A stretch of 61,691 nt of DNA, filler included, from Perkinsus chesapeaki ATCC PRA-425 (taxonomy: Eukaryota > Protista > Perkinsozoa): the NCBI GenBank assembly GCA_013115145.1. It is 9 parts of 9 records of this genome, joined end to end, with 100 filler letters (N's around TTAATTAATTAA, not from the genome) between each part and the next. Parts side by side here need not be neighbours in the genome. Positions count along the whole stretch, not along the records: positions 37,664 to 40,886 come from JAAPAO010001447.1; positions 40,987 to 42,868 come from JAAPAO010001744.1; positions 42,969 to 56,863 come from JAAPAO010000773.1; 6 more parts are not named here. One strand, given 5' to 3'. The translations under genes and the position numbers were made by a program. The notes beneath the pieces were generated by a model. That model was given only the letters and a program-made list of their open reading frames with translations. It was not told where the DNA came from and ran no database searches. The first letter of the stretch is position 1. Each line of letters begins with the position of its first letter. Positions 37,664-50,649 of this stretch are shown one piece after another.

Positions 37664-40600
37664 GCACTGAAAACCAACTCACACTGGAACACGCAACTTC
37701 TACCACTGGCGGACACCAACCGCTATCAAAATTTGAGATCGTAGTCCATGCTCAGAGTAGTACTCAAATGAATACCTGCAACGCAATACAGGGGGATAAT
37801 GCAAAGGAGAGGTTATTCAGGCACACTCCAATGGGATAATCGAAAGGGCAAGGGTGACACTAGCTGATCTGCTTGTGACCAAACCACTGCATCACCATGA
37901 TTTTTTCTGCTGGCAGTTTTCCCTTCACAACAGCAATTCTCCGCATATTTGGTTCTCTGCCGAGTCGCAGCAATGCCCTCTCCGCTGTATCTGCCCGGCA
38001 GATTCTGCCTTCCGAACGCACGGTGCAGCTTGGCATATCGGATATTGTTGCTTGTGGTTCGCTCATAGGGATGAACTCAAGGCGGGGCAAGAATCAGCAA
38101 AGGCTTATTCTGTGCTCTTCGGCTTTTGGGGGAGCTTCAGCTATACAATAACCGATTAACCGCGCAGAGGGAGCGGCAGCAACAGATATCCGATATCCTA
38201 TACTATAGATGTTAATGGTAGATTTTTAGACTCCAAACTTGAAGAGAGGTCTCAGAAGCCTGGGCAAAATCGGCAACGGCTTGTGAGCCCACGACCTAGA
38301 GTGAGCACGCTGCGAATTTATGCCGCCAAGCGAGCTGGTTAGTTGTCACGGTCACCGTGTTCGCCAGATTCTTGAGCAGATGATGTATCAGCGGACTTCT
38401 CACAGGAGGCATGAGTGATCACCAAAAAGACTCTCATTCTAGAGTGGGCCCGAAGCGCAGAGTACTCGTGGGAATAGCTTGGATAGGTGTAGCTTAAGCG
38501 TAGCTCGCGACCACCCAGGATGTGGCGCGTGCTACAACTACGGCCACGGATATAGACTAGCATAGGACGGATGAACATTCGTTGATAGACAGAGATTCCG
38601 CAGCTCAGTCGCAATAGAGCCAGGAAGTCTCGGCATTTTCCGTCTAGGACCCAGGCTACCCGAAAAATCCTGATGCCGATACGCAACGGGTACTACGCAC
38701 AGCAGAGCTATTAGATAGCGGAATGTCGAGCAAATCCGCTCCAATTGGGGAGTCTTGGCTATTCTTAACATCTGCTGATCGCAGATATATGAGCTGCCCG
38801 CATCTGCCATACGTGAACGATCGAGTAGGCATTAGACCGACTATGCATATATGGAAGCTTTAATCGCAGCGAAGGAGAACTCGCTATGAGAAGTCAAGCG
38901 TCTTACTAGAGAACCTATTTAGGTTGTAGGGCACTACGTGGTGTTGTGAGCCTGTTCTACGCATGTAGTTCAAAACCCTATACTGAGGGTTTTGTCAACG
39001 CTGATAACCGAGAACACATCCTTGTCGATATTATCGTGCCCTTCGCCCGAGCTATGAGATGCGGAGTATGCATATTAAACACTCCGCTCTGTACGTGTCC
39101 GTGTGTGTGCGACGCGGATCTCCTCCCCTCCTCTCTCCTGATAGCAGTTATACTTTTCTTTAGTCCGGTACTTCGGTGCTTTCCCTTAGATTGATCGCTG
39201 CTGGGAAGCAGTCACCCACTGCGCCCCTATGACGTGAGCACTTGGATAAAGCAATTCCTGCAGGACGATTCTTCGCTGAAATAGTACCACACATAAAGGC
39301 TTTGCGTAGGTTTGTGGGCTGACCAATACGTTGATTAATATTATTGGTTGATGATTGGTCACAAGTGGCTTAATCCCGCTACAGCCACAAATTACACTAA
39401 TATACACTTGAGTTATTTCCTGCATCATTGGGGGATTGTGTGGCGCAACTTGAAGACGGCCAGAGATTAGTGCAATACTGGCTGCAAGTGCACCCGTTAC
39501 CAACCGTTCCCGTCAGTGCACATATGCTACATAACTTAGGATCCGTGATTAACACTCATGTTACATTTGCTTCCATATCGGGACAGCATACGCAAGGTGC
39601 GCGAAGCGTATCAAGTATCACGTCTCGGATCGAAACTTGATATGGGCTATCAATTGAACCGGAGCCCACTAAGTTTCTTTTCTCGATCTCACGCTGAGAC
39701 ACTTCAGGTGGATTATTATACCACTATGATCATGCTGGTAATCCCCCAGGATGACTTATGGAAATGGCGGAGTACGCGACAAGTCTCACTCTCTCAACGT
39801 GGATGACGCTGGGGAGCGTTGGGTCCTATTAAATGTTATACTCCCTTTCCATCAACTGCATAGAGCCAATCAGAATATGCAAGTCATTTTGAGGAGTGAT
39901 ATTTCGCAGCCTGAGGTGCGGGCACTGTTCCTGGCTGAACTTTGCTCAGCCTTTGATCTTGAATGTAAGCCAAGCTCTATTCTGCAAGTTTGACGATTTA
40001 ATATCGAAAATGTCTGCGCTCGACGCTACTAGAACTACCGTCCGACATTTTGTGAGGGGCGAACGGGAATAACAGTTAAAGGAAATGCATTATGGCAGTT
40101 ACGTTATTTACTGGATGTAGTTTATGACAAGTTGTGAACTAAAGGTGACAATGTCTCGTTGGCTGCACTGTGTAGTCCAGCTACAACGCTGCCAACTGGA
40201 CCTGCGACATACTAAGGTTAATGGTAGCTCGAGTCACTTGAACATGCTCACTGCCCCAGTCATACTAGAGTAACTTAACCTTGCTCCTTGGCGTGCAAGG
40301 ATAAGACTAATTAAGGTAAGGTCTCCCTATTGATCTCCCTATTCGCGGAAATGATTTCCTCGTTCGCGAAATTGGTGGCCTTCTCCGCGAAATATATTTC
40401 TGAAAGGAATAGAGCAGGTAACAGGGACACGATACTGTGTAGCCTGACAAGAACTCTGGCCAAACTGAATCTGCTACATACGAAGGTTAATGGTAGCTCA
40501 AGTAACTTCAACTCACTTAGTGCCATAGTGGTGTTAGTGCAACTTTGCCCTATCTCCTCGGCACGTACGCTATGGAGCCTTGACTATTACGCAACCTCAC

Positions 40601-40886
40601 AAAGGCGAAGATACTTGTATTCAATATAGCAATGTGACGATTACAGCTATAACCCAAGTCGTATTGGAATGAATATTAAATCGACTGTCGAACAACATGA
40701 CCCTTATTAGGTAATGTGATCCTGAATGTAGCTCGGCTTCTAGTGATCTTCCTTGACCGATACGCTATTTATGTATACACCCACAATACGGAGTGTCGGC
40801 ATTGCTGGGATCCTCGAAAATAGAGAAGGCGGATTGGTACGAGACCAGACGACAGTTATTAAGCCAGTCTGCCCAATCCCAATATT

Positions 40887-40986
40887 NNNNNNNNNNNNNN
40901 NNNNNNNNNNNNNNNNNNNNNNNNNNNNNNTTAATTAATTAANNNNNNNNNNNNNNNNNNNNNNNNNNNNNNNNNNNNNNNNNNNN
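40887..40986. other. Artificial contig linker
   Basis: 44N-TTAATTAATTAA-44N. Confidence 0.98.
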
Positions 40987-42868
40987 ACACAGCATGTTTT
41001 ATCTCTATAATGTATTATAATAATTATTAATGTGCTGTACATTACTATTATATTTATTATTAGTACAGCACTCTATTTATTTATATATTAATATTAGGTA
41101 TTCTTATCACTATTTATAATATTATATACTGCATGCTATATATTATATATTAATAGTACATATTATTAACTAGTGCATGCAGTATAATATAAATATTAAT
41201 ATAATATATCTCATTACTATTAATAACATATGGTATAGTATTATATATAATTATTATATCTATTGGTATATATTATCTTATTTATTCATATATTTATTGT
41301 TAAATTATATATAGTAAAGTATATTATATTATATAATTCTTTATATTAAATATTAACTAGAGATAACTAATAAGTATATATATCTGATATTAGAATATAA
41401 TATAATAGCTAGAATGCACCCATATTATATATTTATATTAATATACCATATATAGTTTATCTTATATTATCTATAGTTATAAGTATATATTAATAATGGT
41501 ATTGAGATAAATCTATGGGATATACTATATTTTATATTAATTTATAACCTATTATATTATATCTAATAAATATAGTCTATTTTATCTATAAATTATTATA
41601 TAATATATTCTATTAATACCTTATATATTATTATAAGTATATCTATATCATGTTATAACTAGTTCTATATGTCTATTATATATATATTACCTTAGATATG
41701 TTAATAATACTATTAGTTAATCTTATATTAAGATAGATAATTAATAATAATGATCACTATTACTTTATATATATTAGTAAATATACTATATTCTATCTGT
41801 ATTATAATTACTTTATATAGTTTATAATTATTATATCATATTCAGATAATTATAGATTTATAACTTAATATATATCCTGTATAGTATACTAAATATAATA
41901 AATTTATATATTAATTGTATACAGATCTATATATTAATAATAATATAGCCCCAGCCCTCTTAATTATATATATTTATAACTAGTCTATTTTATATAATTA
42001 TAGTTTATAGATTAATAAGATTATAATAGATATAATAACAAGATATCATATATTTTATACTATAATATTACTAATGATAATAATACATATATTATATTAA
42101 ATTATTATAGATTATACAGTATATTAAATATAAATAAATGATAATATAATATCATAGCTATTCTCTATTAATATATCTAATTATAATATATCCTATAGGT
42201 ATTTATATCTAGTAATATCAGTATATTATAGCAATAGAGATATATTAAATCTATTAATACTTAGATATCTTATTCTATTATATATTGATATATGGTATTT
42301 ATCCCTAGATTTTATTATAATTAACTAGTTTATATACATATATTATTAATAGAAATATCATATATTTATCATATTTATTTATAATATATTTATTTCTATA
42401 TCGATATAATATGTAATATTATGAGCTATAAGTAATGAGATTAATATGATAAATTGTATAATAATAATATAATGTATAAATATTCTATAATTAGATATAA
42501 GGATATAATTAAATATAAAGTAAATATAATAGTAAATTATAGTATATATTAGTAATGTATAATAAATAATAAGGTAACAGAAATATTCTATTAATAATGA
42601 TATATGGCCCACTATTAATTATATAATTATACACATATGCTATATATTGATATAATATCATTAGTTTATATATATTTATAATATAGATTAATATTTATGT
42701 ATTATATTACTATAGATCATATCAACTATATAATATTTATACCAGAAATAGACTATTAATAAAGATTATAATGTAATAATGTATAAATATATAGTAATAA
42801 ATATAATATAAGCTATTATAAATATATTAAGATCACTATTAGTATTATAACTATAGATTATGGCCAGC
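40987..42868. other. Extremely AT-rich contig, candidate mitochondrial DNA (apparently non-coding)
   Basis: Roughly 85% A+T by eye, no long ORF, GC-containing stems inside AT-only loops. Confidence 0.5.
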
Positions 42869-42968
42869 NNNNNNNNNNNNNNNNNNNNNNNNNNNNNNNN
42901 NNNNNNNNNNNNTTAATTAATTAANNNNNNNNNNNNNNNNNNNNNNNNNNNNNNNNNNNNNNNNNNNN
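42869..42968. other. Artificial contig linker
   Basis: 44N-TTAATTAATTAA-44N. Confidence 0.98.
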
Positions 42969-45006
42969 GGGTGATGCGAAAAAAAGGGCCCATGCCTCAT
43001 ATTTTTTTGGCGCGTGAGAGTTACGAGTGAAGTAAGGTACCCACTTGAAGCTCTTGGTGAACTCTCTCTAATGCCTCATGAACCATTGTGATATTCGAAC
43101 TAGGCTCTGAGTAGTGGTTGAACAAAAAAATCGTTACATAGAGAAATGTGCTATAGTAAGAATTTCATTGAATTATAATAACCGTTATTATAATTCAATG
43201 AAATTCTTACTATAGTAGATCGGGATCATGTGGTAGAACCCGTGTACCTCGGTTCGTTCGTCCATTAAATGGACTCCATTTTTGTTTCTAAAAGACCGTG
43301 AGAGATAAACGAAGTCGTTTTTCCACTGAAGACTCACGATTCACGAGACTCCGTGACTGACCAGGTCAGGTTGTTCACCGGTGGTCCAGACCTGCGCAAG
43401 TTTGGTTCCCAAAGGGAGCAATAAAGTCTTACTGGCTAAGTGCACAATCTTTAGGATGAAATTCAACTGGAGCAATCAATGTATGAAAGGTTGTGTACGA
43501 ATCGCGAATGTACGAACCGAGCACAAACTCAGCGAAATTGCAAGAAAAGATGAAACGCACATGTATAAGAAAGAGTAGCCCGAATAGGACGTGTACTAAA
43601 ACAATTTGGACGAAACAATCAAAAATTATTATAGTGTCATTAAGATAATTTCCGATGAAGCACAATATGCATGTAACGACCGTGTACGAAGATCGGTACA
43701 CGGTGAACCGCGGTGGAAGTTTTGTGAGTGTACGGTGTGGTTCAACCGTGGAACCAAGGGTCCCATTTGAGAGTGTCCAATACTCAGTATGTGAGCAATA
43801 CTATTGGTGTTAACGTGTAATACACATTCTGTGATACACAATAATATTGTGTTATGCTGTATAACTTACGCGGCATGACCAAGTTTTGATTATAGGCACA
43901 ACTTAGTAAGTTGTGCGTATAATCAAACTGCTTGATCTAAACATAAGTTGAACTTATAAATCTCTATAAATCCCTATAAATCTCCACAGTTCACCTGAAA
44001 TGCTCTGGTTGAACATTGTGAGAGGTTCACAATGTGAAGCGTACAGAATAACATCGGCCTGCTCACTGTGCGAGGCCGCTACACAGTTCATCCGAGTTCT
44101 CTGTGACAGCTGAAGTCAGCTATACCTCGCTGAAAGACGATGCCGTGCAACAGCAGCTGTCAATATCGGTGATCGAAAGTTAGCTTCGCTTTTCGTCTCA
44201 TCACGAGAACCCGACCTTGATTGACCGATGTACTGTAAAGAAGTTTCATCCTAACTTATTTTTCTCAACGAATCCATCATTCGCATCATCGGATAATCTG
44301 ATTCGGATTAGCAATGCTAATCCGAATCAGATTAACATGGCATGTATCCTTTAGAAGGCATCATGAATCATGATTCATGATATAACGCCAGCAATCTCGA
44401 CCTCAATGTAAGCGGTATATATACATCATGTATAATACATGTGGACCACATGTATTATACATGTGGACCACACGATGTGCTTGTCATTCATTATTCTTCT
44501 TACAGACCTTCTAAGAGTGTTCATAGCTCAAAGCTGGAGGTTGGAGGCTTCAACCGTCAAGCGCATCCGCGGCGGATGATCCGCCCTCCGATACACTGTG
44601 TTGGGAAGGAGATCGATGGTGCGAGGGGCTTCGACAAAAAGGTTGGACGTGGATGACACACTATATACTGGAACACGTACAATAACGTACAGGATTGGAT
44701 GCCGAAATTATTGGGCTGGGAGATAATCAAGCGGGGACAAGAGTTTAACACATTCGGCATTGATGTAGGAGAATCTTGCTATCTTACGATCCTTTTATAC
44801 CACTAGATTCTCTTTTATCATTAAGCTATCGTGCTAAAGTAACTTTAGTGCAAGCTCAATCGGAGTCAACAAGGTCAATCGAAGAGGGACATTGCTGACA
44901 CGATTGGGCGGTCAAAACTCGACACAACTGGGTGATGGCGCGCAAGCCTAAGTAATCCGTGTTAAGCCAAATCTCGAAATCTTGCTTTCTCATTATTCTT
45001 AAATAG

Positions 45007-45488
45007 TGTTGTGTGAATTGTCTTGCTTATAGTGCTAGAAGATCGAGAGTATTTTCCACGTCCTCGACGTCGACCTGCAGTTGGTAGCAGTGTACAGATG
45101 TATCGTGAAGATAAAGTGGGTGAATCCCACTATGGGGACACCAAATACAATGTTGTGAACTATGATGGGATGACTGCAACTTTAAGACCCATTGATGGTG
45201 GAGAATCTCCACTGGAGATGAGAAGTTCGAGCATTTCCGCAATCTACGAGTTTGCTATTAATTATCATTGATACTTTTATTTTCTGTATTTTGTATCCTG
45301 GTGAGCAGCTGACAGGGGGGCATGTTGTGTGAATTGTGTCATCTTGTCACGTTTGTGTGCTAAGCTCTGTCTCCCTAGCTCACGCTACTCAGAAAGTACT
45401 ATAAAGTTGTATTAAAGCTTTTATATATTTTAAATGACTCCTGATAACCTTGCGTTAACTCAGGGAACGGCTACTAGCAGTTCTAACA
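45007..45488 (+). mobile_element. Internally deleted LTR retrotransposon: 15-nt 5' LTR stub, integrase C-terminus, PPT, 166-bp 3' LTR, TSD AATAG
   Basis: TGTTGTGTGAATTGT at 45007 and 45323; GGGGGGCA before 45323; LTR ends ...TAACA at 45488; AATAG at 45002-45006 and 45489-45493. Confidence 0.82.
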
Positions 45489-48109
45489 AATAGATTATAG
45501 CTAATAGATCATAGCTGACATAGCAGAATTTCTGAATCTTATTCTGTTCTGTATACACCAATCATCAGCAGCCGTACTGGTATCTTGCGTTTATCCAAAT
45601 TCGTTAACATCCGCGCAAGCAGCACGCACGCGCATAGCTATTGAATAACCGTTATTGAATAACCCACGCCACAGCGCTAGCTGCTAACTCGCAGCTGTCA
45701 AGGTGCCCAGGAGGCACAGGACGGAGACACTAGTCCCGCCCCCTGTGGCCGTAGCCACGGGCTCAGTTCTTCAAAACCCATCCTCACTACCGGAAATCAC
45801 GCACACGAAACCAGGTGCACTCGGCCATGTGACATGGTTCATGTAGGTCGCAGGCCAGTTTGGGTGCATCTGGCCCCATGTGCGTGGACTATCGACTGAG
45901 GTGCACCGACCGAAACCGTGAATTAACACGCAAGAGCCGTCGCCGACGGCCCATCGCGGCACAGCATCACAGGTCGACTCAACCTAGTTGAGTTCATGCT
46001 GGGGGGAGCTCAGAATCCGAGACTCAGATCCTTTTTGCCCGTCTTGGTGCCTCCGGGAAATAGGGGAAACATTGGAATACATGGCAGCGCGAGCCGCCAA
46101 TAGTGAACCGGAAACGCACGAGCGCGAATCTCTCGTGTCCCCTGGAGGGAGCCTCCCTCAGGGAGGGGGTAGGCAAATAGGTGGTCACGAGTCGTGAATA
46201 ACGACCTAGTCGTGCAACAGCGCTAGCTCACATCTCGGACACACGAGGATGATCGCGGAAGAATTCGTGACCGCGGTTGAACTAGGAAACCCGAACACGA
46301 CATGCAAGAAAACTTAACCCCATCCAAGCGGACTCGTGAATACTCCCTCATCAATGTTTCCCAATGATGAGTATTCTCGGTTGCAGCTCGAGTTTTATCA
46401 AGCTACATAAGGTGGTACTACCACCGTGGTAGGTTTCCTATATATTCTTTTCTTTATAGTTGATTTCACCACTCGTACTGTACATTGTCCATTCTCTCCC
46501 ATTTATTCCATATTAGTGGAGTTTGGTTTCCATTAAGTGGGATATATTGGAAAGGTTCACATGACACCATGAAGCACGAGTTCAACATGGTTGGTAATCC
46601 TACATCAACTCAATGCTTATCCCGCTTTGTGATTTGCGAATGATTTTGAATCTAATTTGTTGATGGACAATTATTTGGTATAACTTACCCGTGTATTCTC
46701 CACTGTAAATCACACACTTGAAGCGGAAGAAACCAAAGCACCGCCTGATCACCCGAGCTGTCGAAAGAGGTGCCTCCGAATATTCAGACTTGAAGCATGC
46801 CCTCCGAACAATCTCAGAAGATGCATGTTGCCAAGTTGAAGTTGTCCTGGTTCGCAAGCCGCTGAAGCCGCTCAGCGCGGTTACGGTAGAGAAGCTGGTT
46901 CCGCGTCACCAAGTAGCGGTGCAGCAAACGTCAGCAAGTTTGACAGTGGGCGACTGAATACCGTTTCTTGTCGTACTATACAAGTGCTATGAGCGCCGGA
47001 GCTAAGCGACTCCTAGAAGAGGGCCACAAGCTTGTTGATTGAGACGGGCCCCGACGACTATTGAAAGCCTCGTGAAGAGTATCACGCCGGACTCGGGCGT
47101 GATACTCTCGTTACTCGGGCGGCCCGAGTGCGGACCTATCCCTCCATACCCGACGAGAAAGACTTTCTCAGAAAGTCCTGATGCCCTCAGGTTGAGGGTA
47201 CTGAGTAAGTCCAACAGTAGCAACATTGATCTAAAACTGCTGGCGTATAGTAGTACTACTGTAGTACAGAGAGTAGCGGCTTCGTACAACTACAACCGGG
47301 AAGGTGGTTGAGGTCGTCGACGATGAAAACGAATTTCATGACCAAGATCGCAGTTATCATTATGGAGGTCAGTACGAAGAAAAAGGCGCCTTCAACAAAT
47401 GGTCGGCACAGTTGAGGTCCTTTTGGCTGCCTCCGCATCCTACCTCTAGGGCAAGGGCTGGGCAGATGCCCTCACGTTTTGAGGTGCTATTTGATTGCTT
47501 CACGTTCCACGCTAGCCTAGCGTCGTAATGGTTCAAGCATTTCGCTTGGCTTCGCCACTAGCGATTGGCAAGTGCTTATCTCACTGGGAAATTCTCCAAT
47601 GAACTGACGCGCAGTGAATACTGAAGAGGCGGAACTCAGGAGTTTTGGGGTGAAACCACTGATTGTGACACGATCATTGTGTCAGTCTGTCACTGTAAGA
47701 CGTGGCACGTCCTGGTGTTTCCCGCAGCCGTATCAAGCGGCCCGCATGAGCTCAAATCAAGACTTCGCAGGAAATAAAATGACGATAAACAGTTAGAAGA
47801 ATAGCAAATGTCTCAGGTATAGTAACAGAGACAAGACAATGTTCAAGACAGTAGCTTTCGTATACATTTGGTAATGATAATATCATTCCAAAAGTCATAG
47901 TTGATGTCGCTATGATATCAACTACGGACTCCCCACCACCGTACATCATCAGCTGCTAAGACGGCGCATATATACCATCCATTTGCATCTCTTAACATCA
48001 CGCCTTGGAGGACATTTATGACAGTCCAGGACATGGAAGCGTCAGTGTCCGTAACCGTGGGGAACAGTACACATATAGAGAGCAGAGTCATACGAAGTAC
48101 CTTCATCAA

Positions 48110-48928
48110 TTACGGCTTCACATTGAAGATTAGATCAACAAAGGGGTAGGATGCATAAGCTGGTTCGAAGTCCAGAAGCTGCGCAGAAGCGCGTAGACCA
48201 GCGAATGCATGCCAAGCAAAAAGGTCATTATCAACTGTGCCTAAGCTCGCATCGAAGGCCATATTTCCCCTATATATGCCTCTCCTTTCTATGTGGCTTC
48301 CGACAGAAACGCTCAAACCCATGTCGAAATCAACGCCCGAATGATACTGACCATGCAAGGTGTAATTGTCGTTAAGTAGATCATGACCAAAACCACGCAC
48401 TGTCACATTGGTCGAGATCGTTGATGGTATGGTGTACTGCTTAGTTGCTGGATCATACTTCCCTCTGCCACCGCCTGACATACAGGCACGAACGATACCG
48501 CGTATGCTACCATAGGACAACGTCTGATCGAACAAGTCGGCACAACCATAGGAATAACCGGTCATATTGATTGTGTCAGCGTTACTGAACCTGCTGGTAA
48601 TTCCCAGAAGAACTGTCTTAGTGTTGTCATTCACATCGTAGAGGTACAAGTCGAGACTGATACTGACTGTATCACTGATGGTGTAAGCACCGACCACACA
48701 AAACGGTTCGACAAGGCTTCTCTTGGTTGGGTGACAATCCGTCGGGTAAGTCCAGGAAGTGGAGTTCCCCAAAGTTGATGATATCATGGGATTATGTTCC
48801 AGGGAGACGTCGACCACTCTTGTATTTTCTGTAATTGTGGCTGATGATATGTACTTATTAATGTCAGATGATTCACCAATCGCGCGCACGGTGATAACCA
48901 ATAAGAAAACATCGAGGAATTGATGCAT
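48110..48928 (-). CDS. Intronless secreted beta-rich protein, paralog 1 (probable start MHQFLDVFLLV at 48928)
   Basis: Signal-peptide-like N-terminus; aligns end to end with 54287-55117; ends AYASYPFVDLIFNVKP*. Confidence 0.85.
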   Translation of the reverse strand: MHQFLDVFLLVITVRAIGESSDINKYISSATITENTRVVDVSLEHNPMISSTLGNSTSWTYPTDCHPTKRSLVEPFCVVGAYTISDTVSISLDLYLYDVNDNTKTVLLGITSRFSNADTINMTGYSYGCADLFDQTLSYGSIRGIVRACMSGGGRGKYDPATKQYTIPSTISTNVTVRGFGHDLLNDNYTLHGQYHSGVDFDMGLSVSVGSHIERRGIYRGNMAFDASLGTVDNDLFAWHAFAGLRASAQLLDFEPAYASYPFVDLIFNVKP

Positions 48929-50649
48929 TATAGGGGACAAGACTCTTCTGAAATCAATGAAAGAGAGCAAGTGCACTGCAGAAAAATAATTACAGATTCC
49001 GGATTTGCTGGAAGGTAAATGAGCAGATGAAGTTGAGCCCAATCCATGGAAGGCCTCTAAGATCGTTCCTCTTCGATAAATCGTGGACCCGATCACCAAA
49101 CCACGCTAATCGTAGTACGACAGCAACAAAAGATATTTTAATAGGAGACGTAGCAAAAGAAAGGACTAATTTAATAGTACCTAACGTTATTCACGACTCG
49201 TCAGAGCAATCGTAATGACGAGCTACGTGTCGTACTGTACGACTTGTGCGTTAGCATCTAGTTACTAGATCTTAGTATGAATCTTGAGTGAGCCAGCCAA
49301 CTTCGATTTACCATTGAACTTGATGTCAAGGATACTAACGTACCGTTCACAAAATCGACGGATGAGGCCAGCTTTATTCAACCTGCCACTGTTTGGCAGA
49401 CAGCTAGAATCTCTGAGGTGCAAGTCTCGGTTACATCATAGATGACGAATCTGATCAAACCTCGGTTGCTGATGTATAGCCTCTTCTCCTAACTATCATA
49501 GGAGTAGGTTCTCATCACATCACCCCAGCAAACGTACCCAACGCTACGTCGTCGGAGCCTCTACATCAAATAAGTCAAAGACAATCGCCCGAGGTATAGC
49601 TCCCATAGACATACCTAAGCCTTTGAAAAATGTCTTTGAGCCTCCCTGGCTGCTCTGCCACATCGAAGGTCGTCCGGAGTTAAGGCCTACGTCAAATATT
49701 GCCACCCTGGGCCCACCTAACTAATCAGTAATGCAGATTGGTGATAATCAAGACTACCCGGCCAGGTGAACCGACTGGTAAAGCGAGCTGGGTCGATCCG
49801 TGAGATCTTCATTGACAACTGATTCTAATAGCTAAGCAATCCCAGTGGCAATTGAAAATCACTTTGGAAACCGGTCACGGTGACAGTCTCACCATGCTTG
49901 TACGCACACTAGACAAGGGTCTGTGCACCGATAACTTTGACAGCAAGTGGGAGGGGGTGATATTACTGGGGTTTATGAAGTGTTAAAAAGATAACTCACC
50001 GGTAGCCCTGGTATTCACAAATAGCAAGTCACTATTTTATCTGATCAGAAGAATAAACATGCTTTCGTAGCCGGTTTCGTAATTGCTCTTTTTAATGGCC
50101 GAGACTGTCCAAGACTGTTGGTTTTGCATCACGAACTTCCTTCCCTCAACGAGGGTATGCAATTTCCAGGGCGTTTACGCTTCGAGGCCCTCTCGGTAGA
50201 TCTTCCGAAGATCTACTCGAGGCCCACGAAGATCATCTTCATAAAATACCCCTCAAATCATCCAGGACAAGTTCCCACATATGCTTTCAGATCTATTGAC
50301 TATACTCGGTTCTTGCCGTAAAGATGTACGATAACTCGTCGTCGGCGTTGGGTCTCACTAGACCCGCGGTGATTAGCAATGTTATGCAGCTGTTATTGTA
50401 TACATCTGTTACAGTGTTATACATCGCTGGTTCACTAATTGAGTCAACTTATAGCTAGGCAGGATATAATGACTTTGACAGAGCCTCTGAGCCCTGCTCA
50501 GGACGAGAGGCATCTCTAATCGTAAGGCTTGTTCAAAGTTGCGCCTTATATGTATTTGTAGGATGCGTACACTTCGTTCGATGGACTGATCAACTCAACC
50601 CACTGTGCTATGAAACTGTCGCGTTAATTTTTCGGTTCTGATACCTACA

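Noticed and set aside
42379-42612. Hydrophobic ORF as a cox3/cob fragment
   Set aside because: I/Y/L/F richness follows from AT bias; no conserved motifs seen.
45749-45766. CCGTAGCCACGGGCTCAG resembling a Perkinsus/dinoflagellate spliced-leader relic
   Set aside because: Partial match only, part of a local hairpin, and no gene start follows.
46718-47528. Three consecutive short plus-strand ORFs
   Set aside because: Interrupted by stops and palindromic scars; possibly a pseudogene, but no family recognised.
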